Source: a virus
Virus record (IMG/VR): IMGVR_UViG_3300017990_000016
DNA: 64,000 nucleotides
Strand: one strand, 5' to 3'
Under the pieces are notes generated by a model, which saw nothing but the letters and a program-made list of their open reading frames with translations, ran no database searches and had not been told where the DNA came from. Both the position numbers and the translations under genes were made by a program. Every line of letters begins with the position of its first letter. The stretch's first letter is position 1. Positions 9,303-19,085 of this stretch are shown piece by piece.

Positions 9303-9507
9303 AAAAATTATAATTGGACAGCCAAAAAATAAGTTTAGAGTGTATATTAGACAAACAAAAGAAAGGGATAAAATGGATACACATTCAACTAGTTTTATGG
9401 TATATGATTTCAAAGGTAATATGACTATAGATAAATTAAAGATAGCACTTAAAAGTATTATAAAAAACTCAAAAAGGAAGAAAGAACATCAGAGGCGAGG
9501 AGAATGA
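9295..9507 (+). CDS. hypothetical small protein
   Basis: Starts at MNEKIIIG. The preceding part of the track ORF overlaps the upstream gene. Confidence 0.4.
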   Translation: MNEKIIIGQPKNKFRVYIRQTKERDKMDTHSTSFMVYDFKGNMTIDKLKIALKSIIKNSKRKKEHQRRGE

Positions 9508-9695
9508 AATCAGAGGCAGAAGAATTTAAGAAACATTATATCAAGTTTATTAAGAAGTTAGGATTAACTAAGTCTTTATCTGAGATTTTATTGTTGAAGT
9601 TTAATGAATATGGAGATTTGAGGGCGAAGGAAGAACAAGAGAAGATGGAGAAAGGTTGGTATTTTGAGAAAGAGCTCAAGCGAGGGAAAGAATGA
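9504..9695 (+). CDS. hypothetical small protein
   Basis: 63 aa, preceded by GGCGAGGAGAATG. Confidence 0.4.
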   Translation: MKSEAEEFKKHYIKFIKKLGLTKSLSEILLLKFNEYGDLRAKEEQEKMEKGWYFEKELKRGKE

Positions 9696-9901
9696 GAAGA
9701 ATCTGCAAAGATTGTAATAGAACATATAATAGTGGTTGCACACAATTTCCTGAAGAGCCATTTTGTAACTATTGCCAAAATAAAAAAGGATTAAATTGGC
9801 ATATTGAACAACATAAGAAATACTCATTATTCCCTATGAGAAATCCTAACTATCCTTTTAAACCAATGAGGAAAGAACCTCGGGGGGAGGAGAATGAATA
9901 A
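9692..9901 (+). CDS. small Zn-binding protein
   Basis: CKDCNRTYNSGC...CNYC cysteine pairs. Confidence 0.45.
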   Translation: MRRICKDCNRTYNSGCTQFPEEPFCNYCQNKKGLNWHIEQHKKYSLFPMRNPNYPFKPMRKEPRGEENE

Positions 9902-10024
9902 TATTCAAACTGGAAAGCGAGGCATTTCATTACCGTGGAAAATCGGCAGTTGGAGTCGAAAACCAACCTTGAACGCAGGTAAAATGTCTCGCCCAGTATT
10001 TTATAATGAATGGAGTGGAGGAGA

Positions 10025-10165
10025 ATGAGAAAAGTTAATATCAGTATGGATACTGACATGTTGGATGAGATTGATAAGTTGGCACAAATCAAGCGTTTAT
10101 CTAGAAGTGAGATAATCAGGAGTTATGTTCGTAGAGGTATGAAAAATGAAACTAACAAAAACTGA
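10025..10165 (+). CDS. unlisted ribbon-helix-helix (CopG-like) protein, 46 aa
   Basis: GGAGGAGAATG start. ISMDTDMLDEIDKLAQIKRLSRSEIIRSYV fits the RHH beta-strand plus two helices. Confidence 0.5.
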   Translation: MRKVNISMDTDMLDEIDKLAQIKRLSRSEIIRSYVRRGMKNETNKN

Positions 10166-10520
10166 AATTAGAGATTTAAAAGCATATGGATATGATACAA
10201 ATAAAATACAACCTTGTAAAAGGAATGCTGAAATAAGCCATATTATTGTAATATCACACGGAAACAGGAGAAAACACGATTCTGGTTATCCATTTATTAA
10301 AATAATTGGAGTAGGCAAGAAAGACGAACTTTATAATTTAGGTTGGCACGACCATATAGTATCTTACGTTCCTACTAATACAGATTCGCTTGGTAAGAAT
10401 ATATTTAGAATCGCTCCGTGGTTAGAGATGAAATGGAAACTATATGAAAATTTTATTTCAGTAAGTTCATTCATGATTGGAAATATAAGTTACAACCCAA
10501 AAGAAGTTATATTAAGGTGA
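10146..10520 (+). CDS. hypothetical protein
   Basis: 124-aa ORF with an ATGA overlap to the upstream gene. Confidence 0.5.
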   Translation: MKLTKTEIRDLKAYGYDTNKIQPCKRNAEISHIIVISHGNRRKHDSGYPFIKIIGVGKKDELYNLGWHDHIVSYVPTNTDSLGKNIFRIAPWLEMKWKLYENFISVSSFMIGNISYNPKEVILR

Positions 10521-10936
10521 GTTTTATGGGAAAAGAATTTCATAATGAATTAGGAGGATATATAGCACATACAATGCTTTACGGCACAGAAAAAGAGAAG
10601 AAAAAAATGGTAGATGCTTTTAAAGCTGGGCGAAATGAATTGATAAAAAAGAAGAAAGAATTAATACAGATATGTCTAAAGAAAAAATACATTACTAAAG
10701 ATGAAGTTAAATTCTTCGACAATGATGACACTGTAGAATATCTAAATGCTGTTGCTCATCAAGAGGAATTCAAAAAAGAAAAACAAAAAGCTTTATTTGT
10801 TACACCACATAAACCATTACTAGAAAAAGCAAAAGAATTCAATGAACGCTTTACGTATATTAAATTAGTAAGTATAAAAGAAGCAATAAATCTAATGGAC
10901 GAAGAAAAGAAGAAGGAGACAAATTACATTGGATAA
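10517..10936 (+). CDS. hypothetical protein
   Basis: 139-aa ORF, K/E-rich. Confidence 0.5.
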   Translation: MSFMGKEFHNELGGYIAHTMLYGTEKEKKKMVDAFKAGRNELIKKKKELIQICLKKKYITKDEVKFFDNDDTVEYLNAVAHQEEFKKEKQKALFVTPHKPLLEKAKEFNERFTYIKLVSIKEAINLMDEEKKKETNYIG

Positions 10937-11219
10937 TATTTCAATAGACGAGGTGTTGAATATGGAACTGGGACCAAACGAGAAAATACTTACCGAAGAA
11001 TTTGGTGGTAGAATAGGAGAGTGGGTTAAAAAAATAACTGGCAAAAATATAACTTGTGTGTGTGGAAAAAGATACGAAATTACTGAAGTAATAGGTTATC
11101 CACATGAAGGTGGTTTAGCAGACAAAGATAAGAAAGTCTGGTGGCCATATATAGTATGTCCAAAATGTGGTTATCAACTAGCATATTGGAAAATAGATGT
11201 AAGATTAGCGAGGGAATAA
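10929..11219 (+). CDS. Zn-ribbon protein
   Basis: CVCGKRYE...CPKCGY. Confidence 0.5.
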   Translation: MDNISIDEVLNMELGPNEKILTEEFGGRIGEWVKKITGKNITCVCGKRYEITEVIGYPHEGGLADKDKKVWWPYIVCPKCGYQLAYWKIDVRLARE

Positions 11220-11220
11220 A

Positions 11221-11478
11221 ATGGCAAAAGGATGGAAAAGCAAAAGACAATTAGCAGTATATGAATTTATCAAAGAAAAGAAAGAAGTATCTCAGCCAGA
11301 GATATTACAAAAATTTGTTAGTGAATATTCAAGTGATAGTATTGCTCGTTCAGCAATATCGCAAATGTTGTCAAGATTAAAAAACGAAGGATATGTAAAA
11401 ATAATTAGGACTGAAGAAAATACTAGCCAAGGTGGAATTAGAAAGAATATTTGGGCACTAGCTACGAAATCAGCATAA
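11221..11478 (+). CDS. winged-helix DNA-binding regulator (MarR/ArsR-like)
   Basis: 85 aa. LAVYEFIKEKKEVSQPEILQKF...ISQMLSRLKNEGYVKI fits an HTH plus wing. Confidence 0.55.
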   Translation: MAKGWKSKRQLAVYEFIKEKKEVSQPEILQKFVSEYSSDSIARSAISQMLSRLKNEGYVKIIRTEENTSQGGIRKNIWALATKSA

Positions 11479-11650
11479 TACCGCCAAATAATATTTCTCC
11501 AATAACAAAAGGTATACCTTGTACTGTCCAAGCTCCTATACCTGTGGCTAATCCTGCCATAAACACGCCACCTAGTATTACGCATATTCCAGTTAAAAAA
11601 TATTTATCCATTCTCATATATAATGCCTCCATCTTCATCATAACAAGCAA
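11462..11650 (-). CDS. small membrane protein
   Basis: 62 aa, G-rich hydrophobic helices. Confidence 0.3.
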   Translation of the reverse strand: MLVMMKMEALYMRMDKYFLTGICVILGGVFMAGLATGIGAWTVQGIPFVIGEILFGGIMLIS

Positions 11651-11831
11651 AATCTTTCACATCTGTCATTACGTCAAACATACAGCAACACTGTTCTCCA
11701 GTAATATTATCTATTTCTACCATATGAGCAGAAATTGCATTTTTGTCTTTACAAATTTGTTCGCATTTTTCTAAAGCACAGCCGCTTACAAACAACAATG
11801 AAATAAGCAGCAATGCAAAATATATTTTCAT
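11604..11831 (-). CDS. small lipoprotein-like secreted Cys-rich protein
   Basis: Signal peptide ending LFVSGC (lipobox-like), then several Cys. Confidence 0.4.
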   Translation of the reverse strand: MKIYFALLLISLLFVSGCALEKCEQICKDKNAISAHMVEIDNITGEQCCCMFDVMTDVKDFACYDEDGGIIYENG

Positions 11832-12049
11832 TTTGCTCTATTAACTATTACACTTACAACTAATCCCATTGTAGTACCAAGGAATATAGCATAAGATATT
11901 GTTCCAAGTATTACCCAAGTGGGATTACTATAATAGCTGCTTATTCCGTTCATAGTTCTTTGTATCGTAGCATAAACTAGTGCTGCTCCCGATATTAACC
12001 ATAACGACCAAGCTATTATTTTCCACATTAATTTATTATTTTTTGCCAT
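11828..12049 (-). CDS. small two-TM membrane protein
   Basis: 73 aa with two hydrophobic helices. Confidence 0.4.
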   Translation of the reverse strand: MAKNNKLMWKIIAWSLWLISGAALVYATIQRTMNGISSYYSNPTWVILGTISYAIFLGTTMGLVVSVIVNRAK

Positions 12050-15000
12050 TAAGCTTCTTCCTCTGCAATTGGTTTTTGGTCCTTCACTGTGTATTTGCTC
12101 TTAACATAATCTGGACCTTCTGGATTTTCTTCCATATATATCTTTGCAAATTTCTTTGCGTCTTTTAAACTATCAAAGTCGTTTCTGTAAATAATCTTTC
12201 CCTTTCCAAATTCTCTATCTGGATTGTGTTCTCTCAATTCTACTGTAAATTTATTTTCCACAATTATATATAGATTAACCTCTGAAGGATGGTTGTACCA
12301 TATATAAATAGGATTTTCTTTTGATTTACGTATTCTTTCCCAAGTTTTTCTTCTTACAAAGACGACTAAGAACATCATAAATGAAGCAGCAAATAAAACA
12401 GGAGTTGCTTTAATCATATCTTCAATTTTAGCTGGTTCTATTTCAAGAGGAAGTAGTGCAGTTATTGTATTTCTTTCTATACATTTCAATTGATTAGTAA
12501 AAGAGTCAGTTGCAAATGAATATTCTCCATAATATACTCTTGCTCGTACATAATGTACATTGTTTGTGTCTGGTCTTTGTAAATAAACTCTGGTAACGAA
12601 TGTTTTTCCTGGCTGTATTAGTTTACTTGCTTGTCCTCTATCATAAACATCAGAATCTTCGTAATTTGCAAAAGGATTATCAGTCGTCCAATAATTGTAT
12701 ATATATTCATATGAAGTAGTTCCTTCATTTGTTATTCTTATATCTGCAGTAACTGTATTGCCGCATAAGCTTACAGCTTCAATAGTAATTTCTGTTGGAT
12801 TACTTACAACATACCATTTGTCATATATTTTTTGTTCCTCTCCATTGACAGTAACTTTTACAACAGAAGTCCAAGTTCCAGGATTAGCTGAAGCTGCTAC
12901 TGTATAATTATAATTGTAAATTCCAGTTTCAACTAAAGTCATATTTGCATCAGTAACTATTACTGCTCCTGTTGAATCATATAGTGATATTAAAGGAACT
13001 GAATCAGGTGCTATATTATTCCAATATGGATTATATACAGTCAATTCTGTTGAATATCGTTCAGTTATAACTACTCTAACCATATCGGTTAATGTGGCTA
13101 TAGTCGCATTTTCAAAGTATTCTACTATGGTAGGATACATAGTATTTGTAATATAATCATCAATAGAATGAACTGTATAATTTATATCAGTAAAATAAGT
13201 TGACCAGTTACCTTCTACAACTAATTGAAGTTCATTTAAAGTATTATTAATTTGTATCGTATTGTTTCTCACATTAATAAGAATATCACATATACTTTCA
13301 TTCGTTTGACTGCAATTAAATTCTAATTCAACATCGTCAATTGCATTTAGAATATCTGTAATATTTACTTGTAAATTATTAAATTGTTGATACAATGAAC
13401 CATTTAAACTATCAATACTTAATTGTAGTACATTAATAGAACTGTTTATTGCATCAATTTTATTTTCTATATTTGTTAAACTAACATTTAAATTAGTCTC
13501 AATTTGTGTAAGATTATTAATTATATTTTGTTCCGTAATATCAATTTCATTAATTACATTAGTTTCCAAGTTACCAATTTCAATAGAAAGATTTGTAAGT
13601 ATTGTAGTTTCAGTATCATTCAAAAGTACTGTCATATTATTTATAATATTATTTTCAGTGTCATTAATTGCTTCAATAACTTCATCACTTAAATTATCTA
13701 AATCAACTTCTATAGTCAATGATAAATCAGTAAGATTTTGAAGTATTGTTGAAGTAGCATTTGTTATATTACTTATAATTCTCAATTCAGATGCATTAAT
13801 TGCATCTAGTATAGTTTGCTGTCCAGATTCTAAAGTATCTGTATAAGCTTTAATGATTTGAAGTTCATTATATAATGTTGAATTAATCAATCCCAACTCA
13901 TACAACAAAGTTGAATTTACATTTGAAATTGCTGAAAGAGTATTGTTGAAAGATAAATTCATTGAAGCATATATGCTATTTAATTCATTTAAGATATTGG
14001 TTTCAGTCAATGAAATATTATTCAAAATATTTGTTTGTCCAACTTTTAATATCTCAAAATCATTCTGCATATCAGTAATGTTATTTTCAATATCATCTAA
14101 TTGAGGTTGAATTACTGTCTGCAATAAATTCTTAATAATCTCCACAGTTGAATTAACTGCATCAATTTTTACTTCGTTTTCGTTAACTTCATTAACTATA
14201 CTCAAGTTTACAGCATCAAGTTTACTATGCAATGAAATGTTTGTTAAGTAAATTAAGTTCTGTGCTACTTGGATTTCATTATAATTGGTTGTTACGTTTC
14301 CTTGAATCTCTATCATCTTATTATATAATATAGTATGATTATCAAGCGTTTGATTTAATTTCAGTTCAACTTCATCAATTGCAGGATATATTGTATTCTG
14401 TAAATAACCATAAATATCTTCTACTGTTGCATTGATATTAATGAGGTAATTTGTTACAGTACCTTCCAAATATGATTTTATTGAATTTGAAGTTGTATTG
14501 ACTTGTGTGATTGAAACTTGTAGATTATCTAATTTATCACAAACAATATTTGTAGTATGATTACAATCTAACTTAGCTTCTATGTATTCAACTTCAGTTC
14601 TTATAGAACTTAAGTTTATATCAATAGTATCAAACCTATTATGTAGGGATGTGTTGAGGGAGGACAAATCTGCTGAAAAAGTAGTATTCAAGTTGGCAAT
14701 TTGTCCCTCAATGGCACTAAGATTATTTAGAATATCTACTTGTCCCCCCTCTAAAGTATCAGTGTAATTTTTGATTATCTCTAAATCTAATTGCATATCA
14801 GTAATATTATTTTGAATATTAGTTAATGCAGGTTCTACAATTGTAAGTATTCTTGTTTGTATATTTTCAACTGTAGAATTTATACCATTTAATATGCCTT
14901 CATTTTCATCTATCTCATTGATTATATTTGTTTCAACATTATTTAAAGTATCATTAACTGAAGTTATCATTGTTTCAACAACTATTATTTCATTATAATT

Positions 15001-18000
15001 ATCTACACTTTGATTTTCAATAACCAATAGTTTATCCCAGATATTAGATGTGTTAGTTAATACATTTCCTAATAATTCTTCAGTTTGGTCAATTTCAGGA
15101 TATATAGTATTTTGAAGATATGAATAAATGCTTGTTGTTGTAGCATTAATCTGATTTACTACATTAATAATATAGCTTAAATCATTTGTCATATTTACTT
15201 GAAGATATACTTCAATATCATTTACAGTTGTATTGATTTGTTCTGCAGAAGTTTGAAGATTATCCAACTTATCACATATTCTATTTACACTATTATTACA
15301 ATCTAATTTCCATTCAAGAGTCCAGATAACTTCAATAATCTCACTTATATTAATATCAATAATATCAAATCTTGAATGAAGGCTTCCATTAACATTTAAT
15401 AAATTAGATTTCACATCTGCTATATCATTATCAATATCATCAATTCTATTTTCTATAAAAGTTAAATTGTTAAGGATGTATTGTTGACCTGTTTCTAAAG
15501 AATCAGTATAACCTTTTATGGTATCCAAATCAATTTGCATATCAGAAATATTATTTTCGATATTATCTAGAGAGGGAATAATTGTTTGATTTATCTTTTC
15601 TAGAATCAGGTCAACTACACTATCAATGATTACAAGTTTGGCTTCATTCTCATCTATTTCATTTTTCAGGGTGGTGTTAACATTAGAAATCATAGACTTA
15701 ACTAACTGTAATTCATTATAATTTTGTGTTACATCCGAATGAACAGAAACTAACTCAGTCCAGATATTAGAAGTATTTACTAATAATTCATCAAGTTTTT
15801 CTTCAGCATTATCTACTTCTGGATATAATGTGTTTTGTAGATAATCATAAATATCATCTACTGTAGTATTGATTTGAATCAATAAATTGAACATATCAGT
15901 TTGAAGATAATCATAAATATTTTCAGTTGTTAAATTTATAGCATTTAAACTATCTTGAATCTGGTTTACAAGATAACTTCTTATATAACTCACATTTGTA
16001 TGAAGGTCATCAAGTTTTTGTTCATTAATATTTATTTCATAATATAATGTTGAGTTTACATCATTAACTAATAAATCTAATGCAATAAGACTGTTATCAA
16101 TCTCAGTTATATTCTCATCGATTTGGTCTAATCTTTGAAATACTAATGTAAAATTATTATCCATTTCTTGAAGAGTATGAGTGAAATTATTTTGCATATC
16201 TATACTCAAGTTTCCTACCAATTCTTCAATCTCATCTATTTCCGGATATATATTATTTATTAAATAGTTCTTGACATCTTGAGTTGTGGTGTTTATACTT
16301 GTTAAAATTTCATATGTACTATTATCTAATGAGATATTCAATTCATCTAAATCTGCTAAAATATCTTCAATATAATCATGATATGGTTTAACTTGAAACA
16401 TGTTATGACCGTAGTCTTCTTCATAATGAACTGTTACAAAATAATCTCCATATGGTGCTAAATTAGGTATTGTTCCATTATAATAATGATGGCCATTTCC
16501 TTCACTAACAATTGTTTGTAATTCTTCCATCCAAATAGTCATATTAGGATAGTAAATATCAATAGTAATATTTCCAACAGTTACTGCAACACCACTAAAT
16601 TCAGTTACTTCAATAACAATCAAAAAATCATCTCCTCTACCATAAGAAGAACCAGTATCAACTTCTAAATTTCTTGGATAATTATTCATTGAACAATATC
16701 CACTAGATGCACTATCTGTATCTCCGTATTCATCCATTACTTCAATGGTTGTATAAACTAAAGGATATACTATAACACCAAAAGCAGATAGATTTACAAC
16801 AATTTCATATTCCAATCCTGTAGGTGATGTATTTAAATCTGTCAAATATTGAGAAGGTAACGGATGGTCAAAATGAGCATAAGGTATTACTATATCCCAT
16901 GTAAATCCACTAATGTTTACTTGGTCACTTTCATTATCACTAACATTAAATGTAACAACACAATCATGTCTACAAGATGTAGGTAATGTTACATATTCAA
17001 TCACTGGGTCATGATTATAAATACAAGTGAAATCCAAATTAGGAGTTTCAGTTGCATCATTTCCAGCTAAATCATATGCTGTAGTTGAAGCCCAATTATA
17101 GTCACCATCATCAATATCATCACCACAAGTTAAGTCTTGATGCCAAATACCATCTAATTGAGTGAAATTGTATGTAGCACCACTAACAACACCTTCAACT
17201 GATTCAACATCGCTATTATCAGAATAATAACATTGAATTCTTACAGTTTCTGCACCATATAAATATGTATCATTAATACTACAATTTGTTATTACAGGGT
17301 CTTCGACATCTCCAGCTTCTTCTCTTAATCTCATTTCTGATATATCATGTTCACCAGTAGTCGAACCAAATCTTAAAGTAGTATAATTAAAACCCTGGTC
17401 AATCTGCCAAGCCATTAAATCATCTACAGGAATATTAAACCATCCAGTTCCAGGAAGATATTTTGACGTTCCTTCACTTACATTTATGTGTGTATCATTA
17501 ATGTAAGGATATACAAAAATCTGAGCTACTCCAGAAGATATTTTTCTTAATCTTAAATACCAATTTTTACTAATATCATATGTTTGACTCCATTTCCCAT
17601 TCATAGTTGTGTAATTAGAATTATTTACATCTGCAACTGAATAATCAACTTTAACACTAACCCAATCAATTCTTGCAGTTCCAATACCTTTTGGGTCTAT
17701 TCTAACTCTAAGTTGTTCATTTATTTCATCATATGTCCAAGCTCTTCCCCAAAGGCCATGCCTTAAATAAGTTACTTCAGATGTAGTTAATGAAGATATA
17801 GATTGTGGGTCTGTCCAAGTTGTTCCATTATCATAACTTAGTTCAATAGAATCGAAATAAATATCTTGACCTGCATTAGCTTTCCATGCATCAATTCTTA
17901 CTGTAATATTATCAATTATCGAACTTGGAGGAATATCAAAATCAAAATTATAAAATTGATGAGTTTCATCTGCAGTTGCTGAAGCATAACTAGTATCATT

Positions 18001-19035
18001 ATATTGAGAGTTGAAAGCTTGAGACCAAGAACCAGATTCACCTGTCCAATTATAATATGGAGTTTGATATGTATTATAAATTAAACCATATCCCATTGAA
18101 TAATAAGTACCATCATCATCATCTGAAACTCCTGAAGTTATATCAGTTACAGTTACAAATTGGTCATCAGGTCCATAAAAATCTGCTCCATTTTGAAGCC
18201 ATTCTGCAGGACTTGGAGAATAATCAACTGTATATAATGGGTCTACATATATATTATTAGAAGCACCATAACCTATAGTACCAACTAACAATCCTTTTAT
18301 TGAACCCATTTCTGCAACTTCCATTAAGCTAGTTGTTCCTTCTGGCATATCTGTCCAATCAAAATGATGTCCAATTCTTTCTTGAAGTGCATTATAAAAA
18401 CTGAAATGTTTACTTACCGAATATGGTCCTTCAACTCCTACTAAATCTATCCATTGGTCACCATCATAAATATATCTAAATTTGTTTGGGTCATCTGGAA
18501 TAAAGAAATAACCAAATCCAGTATCTGTAGGAGAAACTCCATTAATAGTGATATTGATAGTAATTTTAGTTTCAGCAGTTTCATTCATATCAAGTTTAAA
18601 TTCATGAATATCTATATCTGCAGTTCCAGTTGAACTTAAATCATCATATCTATAACAAGTAAAAGTTCCAGAACCATTAGCAGTTAATGATAACTCTTGC
18701 GTAGAAGGTGTAACATCATAAGTACCCGAATTTCTTAAAGGACATAAATACCATTTAGAATTAGCAGGATGTTTGAAAGCAGGAACGAAAAACATTTTTC
18801 CTATAAATTCATTATCTTTAGCAAGACCTATTTCTCCTGGCGAAGTTTTACTAACTCCTATATAATCAGCTGAATTATCTACACTATTAACTTTCAAGTA
18901 CCACCAATCAGAATTTTGACCTGCTTCTATATATCTTTGTGACATTGGAGTATACATTTCTCCAAAAACTAAGGGAAGTGAGATTAATGAAACTAATAAT
19001 ATTACTAGAACTAAGTTATGTTTGCGGTTAACCAT
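12049..19035 (-). CDS. giant secreted surface protein (2328 aa) with internal ~180-aa tandem repeats and C-terminal TM anchor
   Basis: Signal peptide MVNRKHNLVLVILLVSLISLPLVFG. At least 4 repeats carry the core IY[DSG]YLQNT[IL]YP[EA][IV]D and heptad-like N/I/L-rich segments. Many N-x-S/T sequons. C-terminal helix PVLFAASFMMFLVVFVRRK. Confidence 0.85.
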   Translation of the reverse strand: MVNRKHNLVLVILLVSLISLPLVFGEMYTPMSQRYIEAGQNSDWWYLKVNSVDNSADYIGVSKTSPGEIGLAKDNEFIGKMFFVPAFKHPANSKWYLCPLRNSGTYDVTPSTQELSLTANGSGTFTCYRYDDLSSTGTADIDIHEFKLDMNETAETKITINITINGVSPTDTGFGYFFIPDDPNKFRYIYDGDQWIDLVGVEGPYSVSKHFSFYNALQERIGHHFDWTDMPEGTTSLMEVAEMGSIKGLLVGTIGYGASNNIYVDPLYTVDYSPSPAEWLQNGADFYGPDDQFVTVTDITSGVSDDDDGTYYSMGYGLIYNTYQTPYYNWTGESGSWSQAFNSQYNDTSYASATADETHQFYNFDFDIPPSSIIDNITVRIDAWKANAGQDIYFDSIELSYDNGTTWTDPQSISSLTTSEVTYLRHGLWGRAWTYDEINEQLRVRIDPKGIGTARIDWVSVKVDYSVADVNNSNYTTMNGKWSQTYDISKNWYLRLRKISSGVAQIFVYPYINDTHINVSEGTSKYLPGTGWFNIPVDDLMAWQIDQGFNYTTLRFGSTTGEHDISEMRLREEAGDVEDPVITNCSINDTYLYGAETVRIQCYYSDNSDVESVEGVVSGATYNFTQLDGIWHQDLTCGDDIDDGDYNWASTTAYDLAGNDATETPNLDFTCIYNHDPVIEYVTLPTSCRHDCVVTFNVSDNESDQVNISGFTWDIVIPYAHFDHPLPSQYLTDLNTSPTGLEYEIVVNLSAFGVIVYPLVYTTIEVMDEYGDTDSASSGYCSMNNYPRNLEVDTGSSYGRGDDFLIVIEVTEFSGVAVTVGNITIDIYYPNMTIWMEELQTIVSEGNGHHYYNGTIPNLAPYGDYFVTVHYEEDYGHNMFQVKPYHDYIEDILADLDELNISLDNSTYEILTSINTTTQDVKNYLINNIYPEIDEIEELVGNLSIDMQNNFTHTLQEMDNNFTLVFQRLDQIDENITEIDNSLIALDLLVNDVNSTLYYEININEQKLDDLHTNVSYIRSYLVNQIQDSLNAINLTTENIYDYLQTDMFNLLIQINTTVDDIYDYLQNTLYPEVDNAEEKLDELLVNTSNIWTELVSVHSDVTQNYNELQLVKSMISNVNTTLKNEIDENEAKLVIIDSVVDLILEKINQTIIPSLDNIENNISDMQIDLDTIKGYTDSLETGQQYILNNLTFIENRIDDIDNDIADVKSNLLNVNGSLHSRFDIIDINISEIIEVIWTLEWKLDCNNSVNRICDKLDNLQTSAEQINTTVNDIEVYLQVNMTNDLSYIINVVNQINATTTSIYSYLQNTIYPEIDQTEELLGNVLTNTSNIWDKLLVIENQSVDNYNEIIVVETMITSVNDTLNNVETNIINEIDENEGILNGINSTVENIQTRILTIVEPALTNIQNNITDMQLDLEIIKNYTDTLEGGQVDILNNLSAIEGQIANLNTTFSADLSSLNTSLHNRFDTIDINLSSIRTEVEYIEAKLDCNHTTNIVCDKLDNLQVSITQVNTTSNSIKSYLEGTVTNYLININATVEDIYGYLQNTIYPAIDEVELKLNQTLDNHTILYNKMIEIQGNVTTNYNEIQVAQNLIYLTNISLHSKLDAVNLSIVNEVNENEVKIDAVNSTVEIIKNLLQTVIQPQLDDIENNITDMQNDFEILKVGQTNILNNISLTETNILNELNSIYASMNLSFNNTLSAISNVNSTLLYELGLINSTLYNELQIIKAYTDTLESGQQTILDAINASELRIISNITNATSTILQNLTDLSLTIEVDLDNLSDEVIEAINDTENNIINNMTVLLNDTETTILTNLSIEIGNLETNVINEIDITEQNIINNLTQIETNLNVSLTNIENKIDAINSSINVLQLSIDSLNGSLYQQFNNLQVNITDILNAIDDVELEFNCSQTNESICDILINVRNNTIQINNTLNELQLVVEGNWSTYFTDINYTVHSIDDYITNTMYPTIVEYFENATIATLTDMVRVVITERYSTELTVYNPYWNNIAPDSVPLISLYDSTGAVIVTDANMTLVETGIYNYNYTVAASANPGTWTSVVKVTVNGEEQKIYDKWYVVSNPTEITIEAVSLCGNTVTADIRITNEGTTSYEYIYNYWTTDNPFANYEDSDVYDRGQASKLIQPGKTFVTRVYLQRPDTNNVHYVRARVYYGEYSFATDSFTNQLKCIERNTITALLPLEIEPAKIEDMIKATPVLFAASFMMFLVVFVRRKTWERIRKSKENPIYIWYNHPSEVNLYIIVENKFTVELREHNPDREFGKGKIIYRNDFDSLKDAKKFAKIYMEENPEGPDYVKSKYTVKDQKPIAEEEA

Positions 19036-19085
19036 CCTTCAGTTCAGATTACCTATTTTATTCAATATAAACGTTTTTTATATCA

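Noticed and set aside
12695-18260. Antisense ORFs inside the giant gene (12695..12907, 13504..13692, 14582..14767, 18057..18260)
   Set aside because: They are fully embedded opposite a 7-kb ORF with strong repeat and domain structure, and have low-complexity products typical of AT-rich antisense frames.
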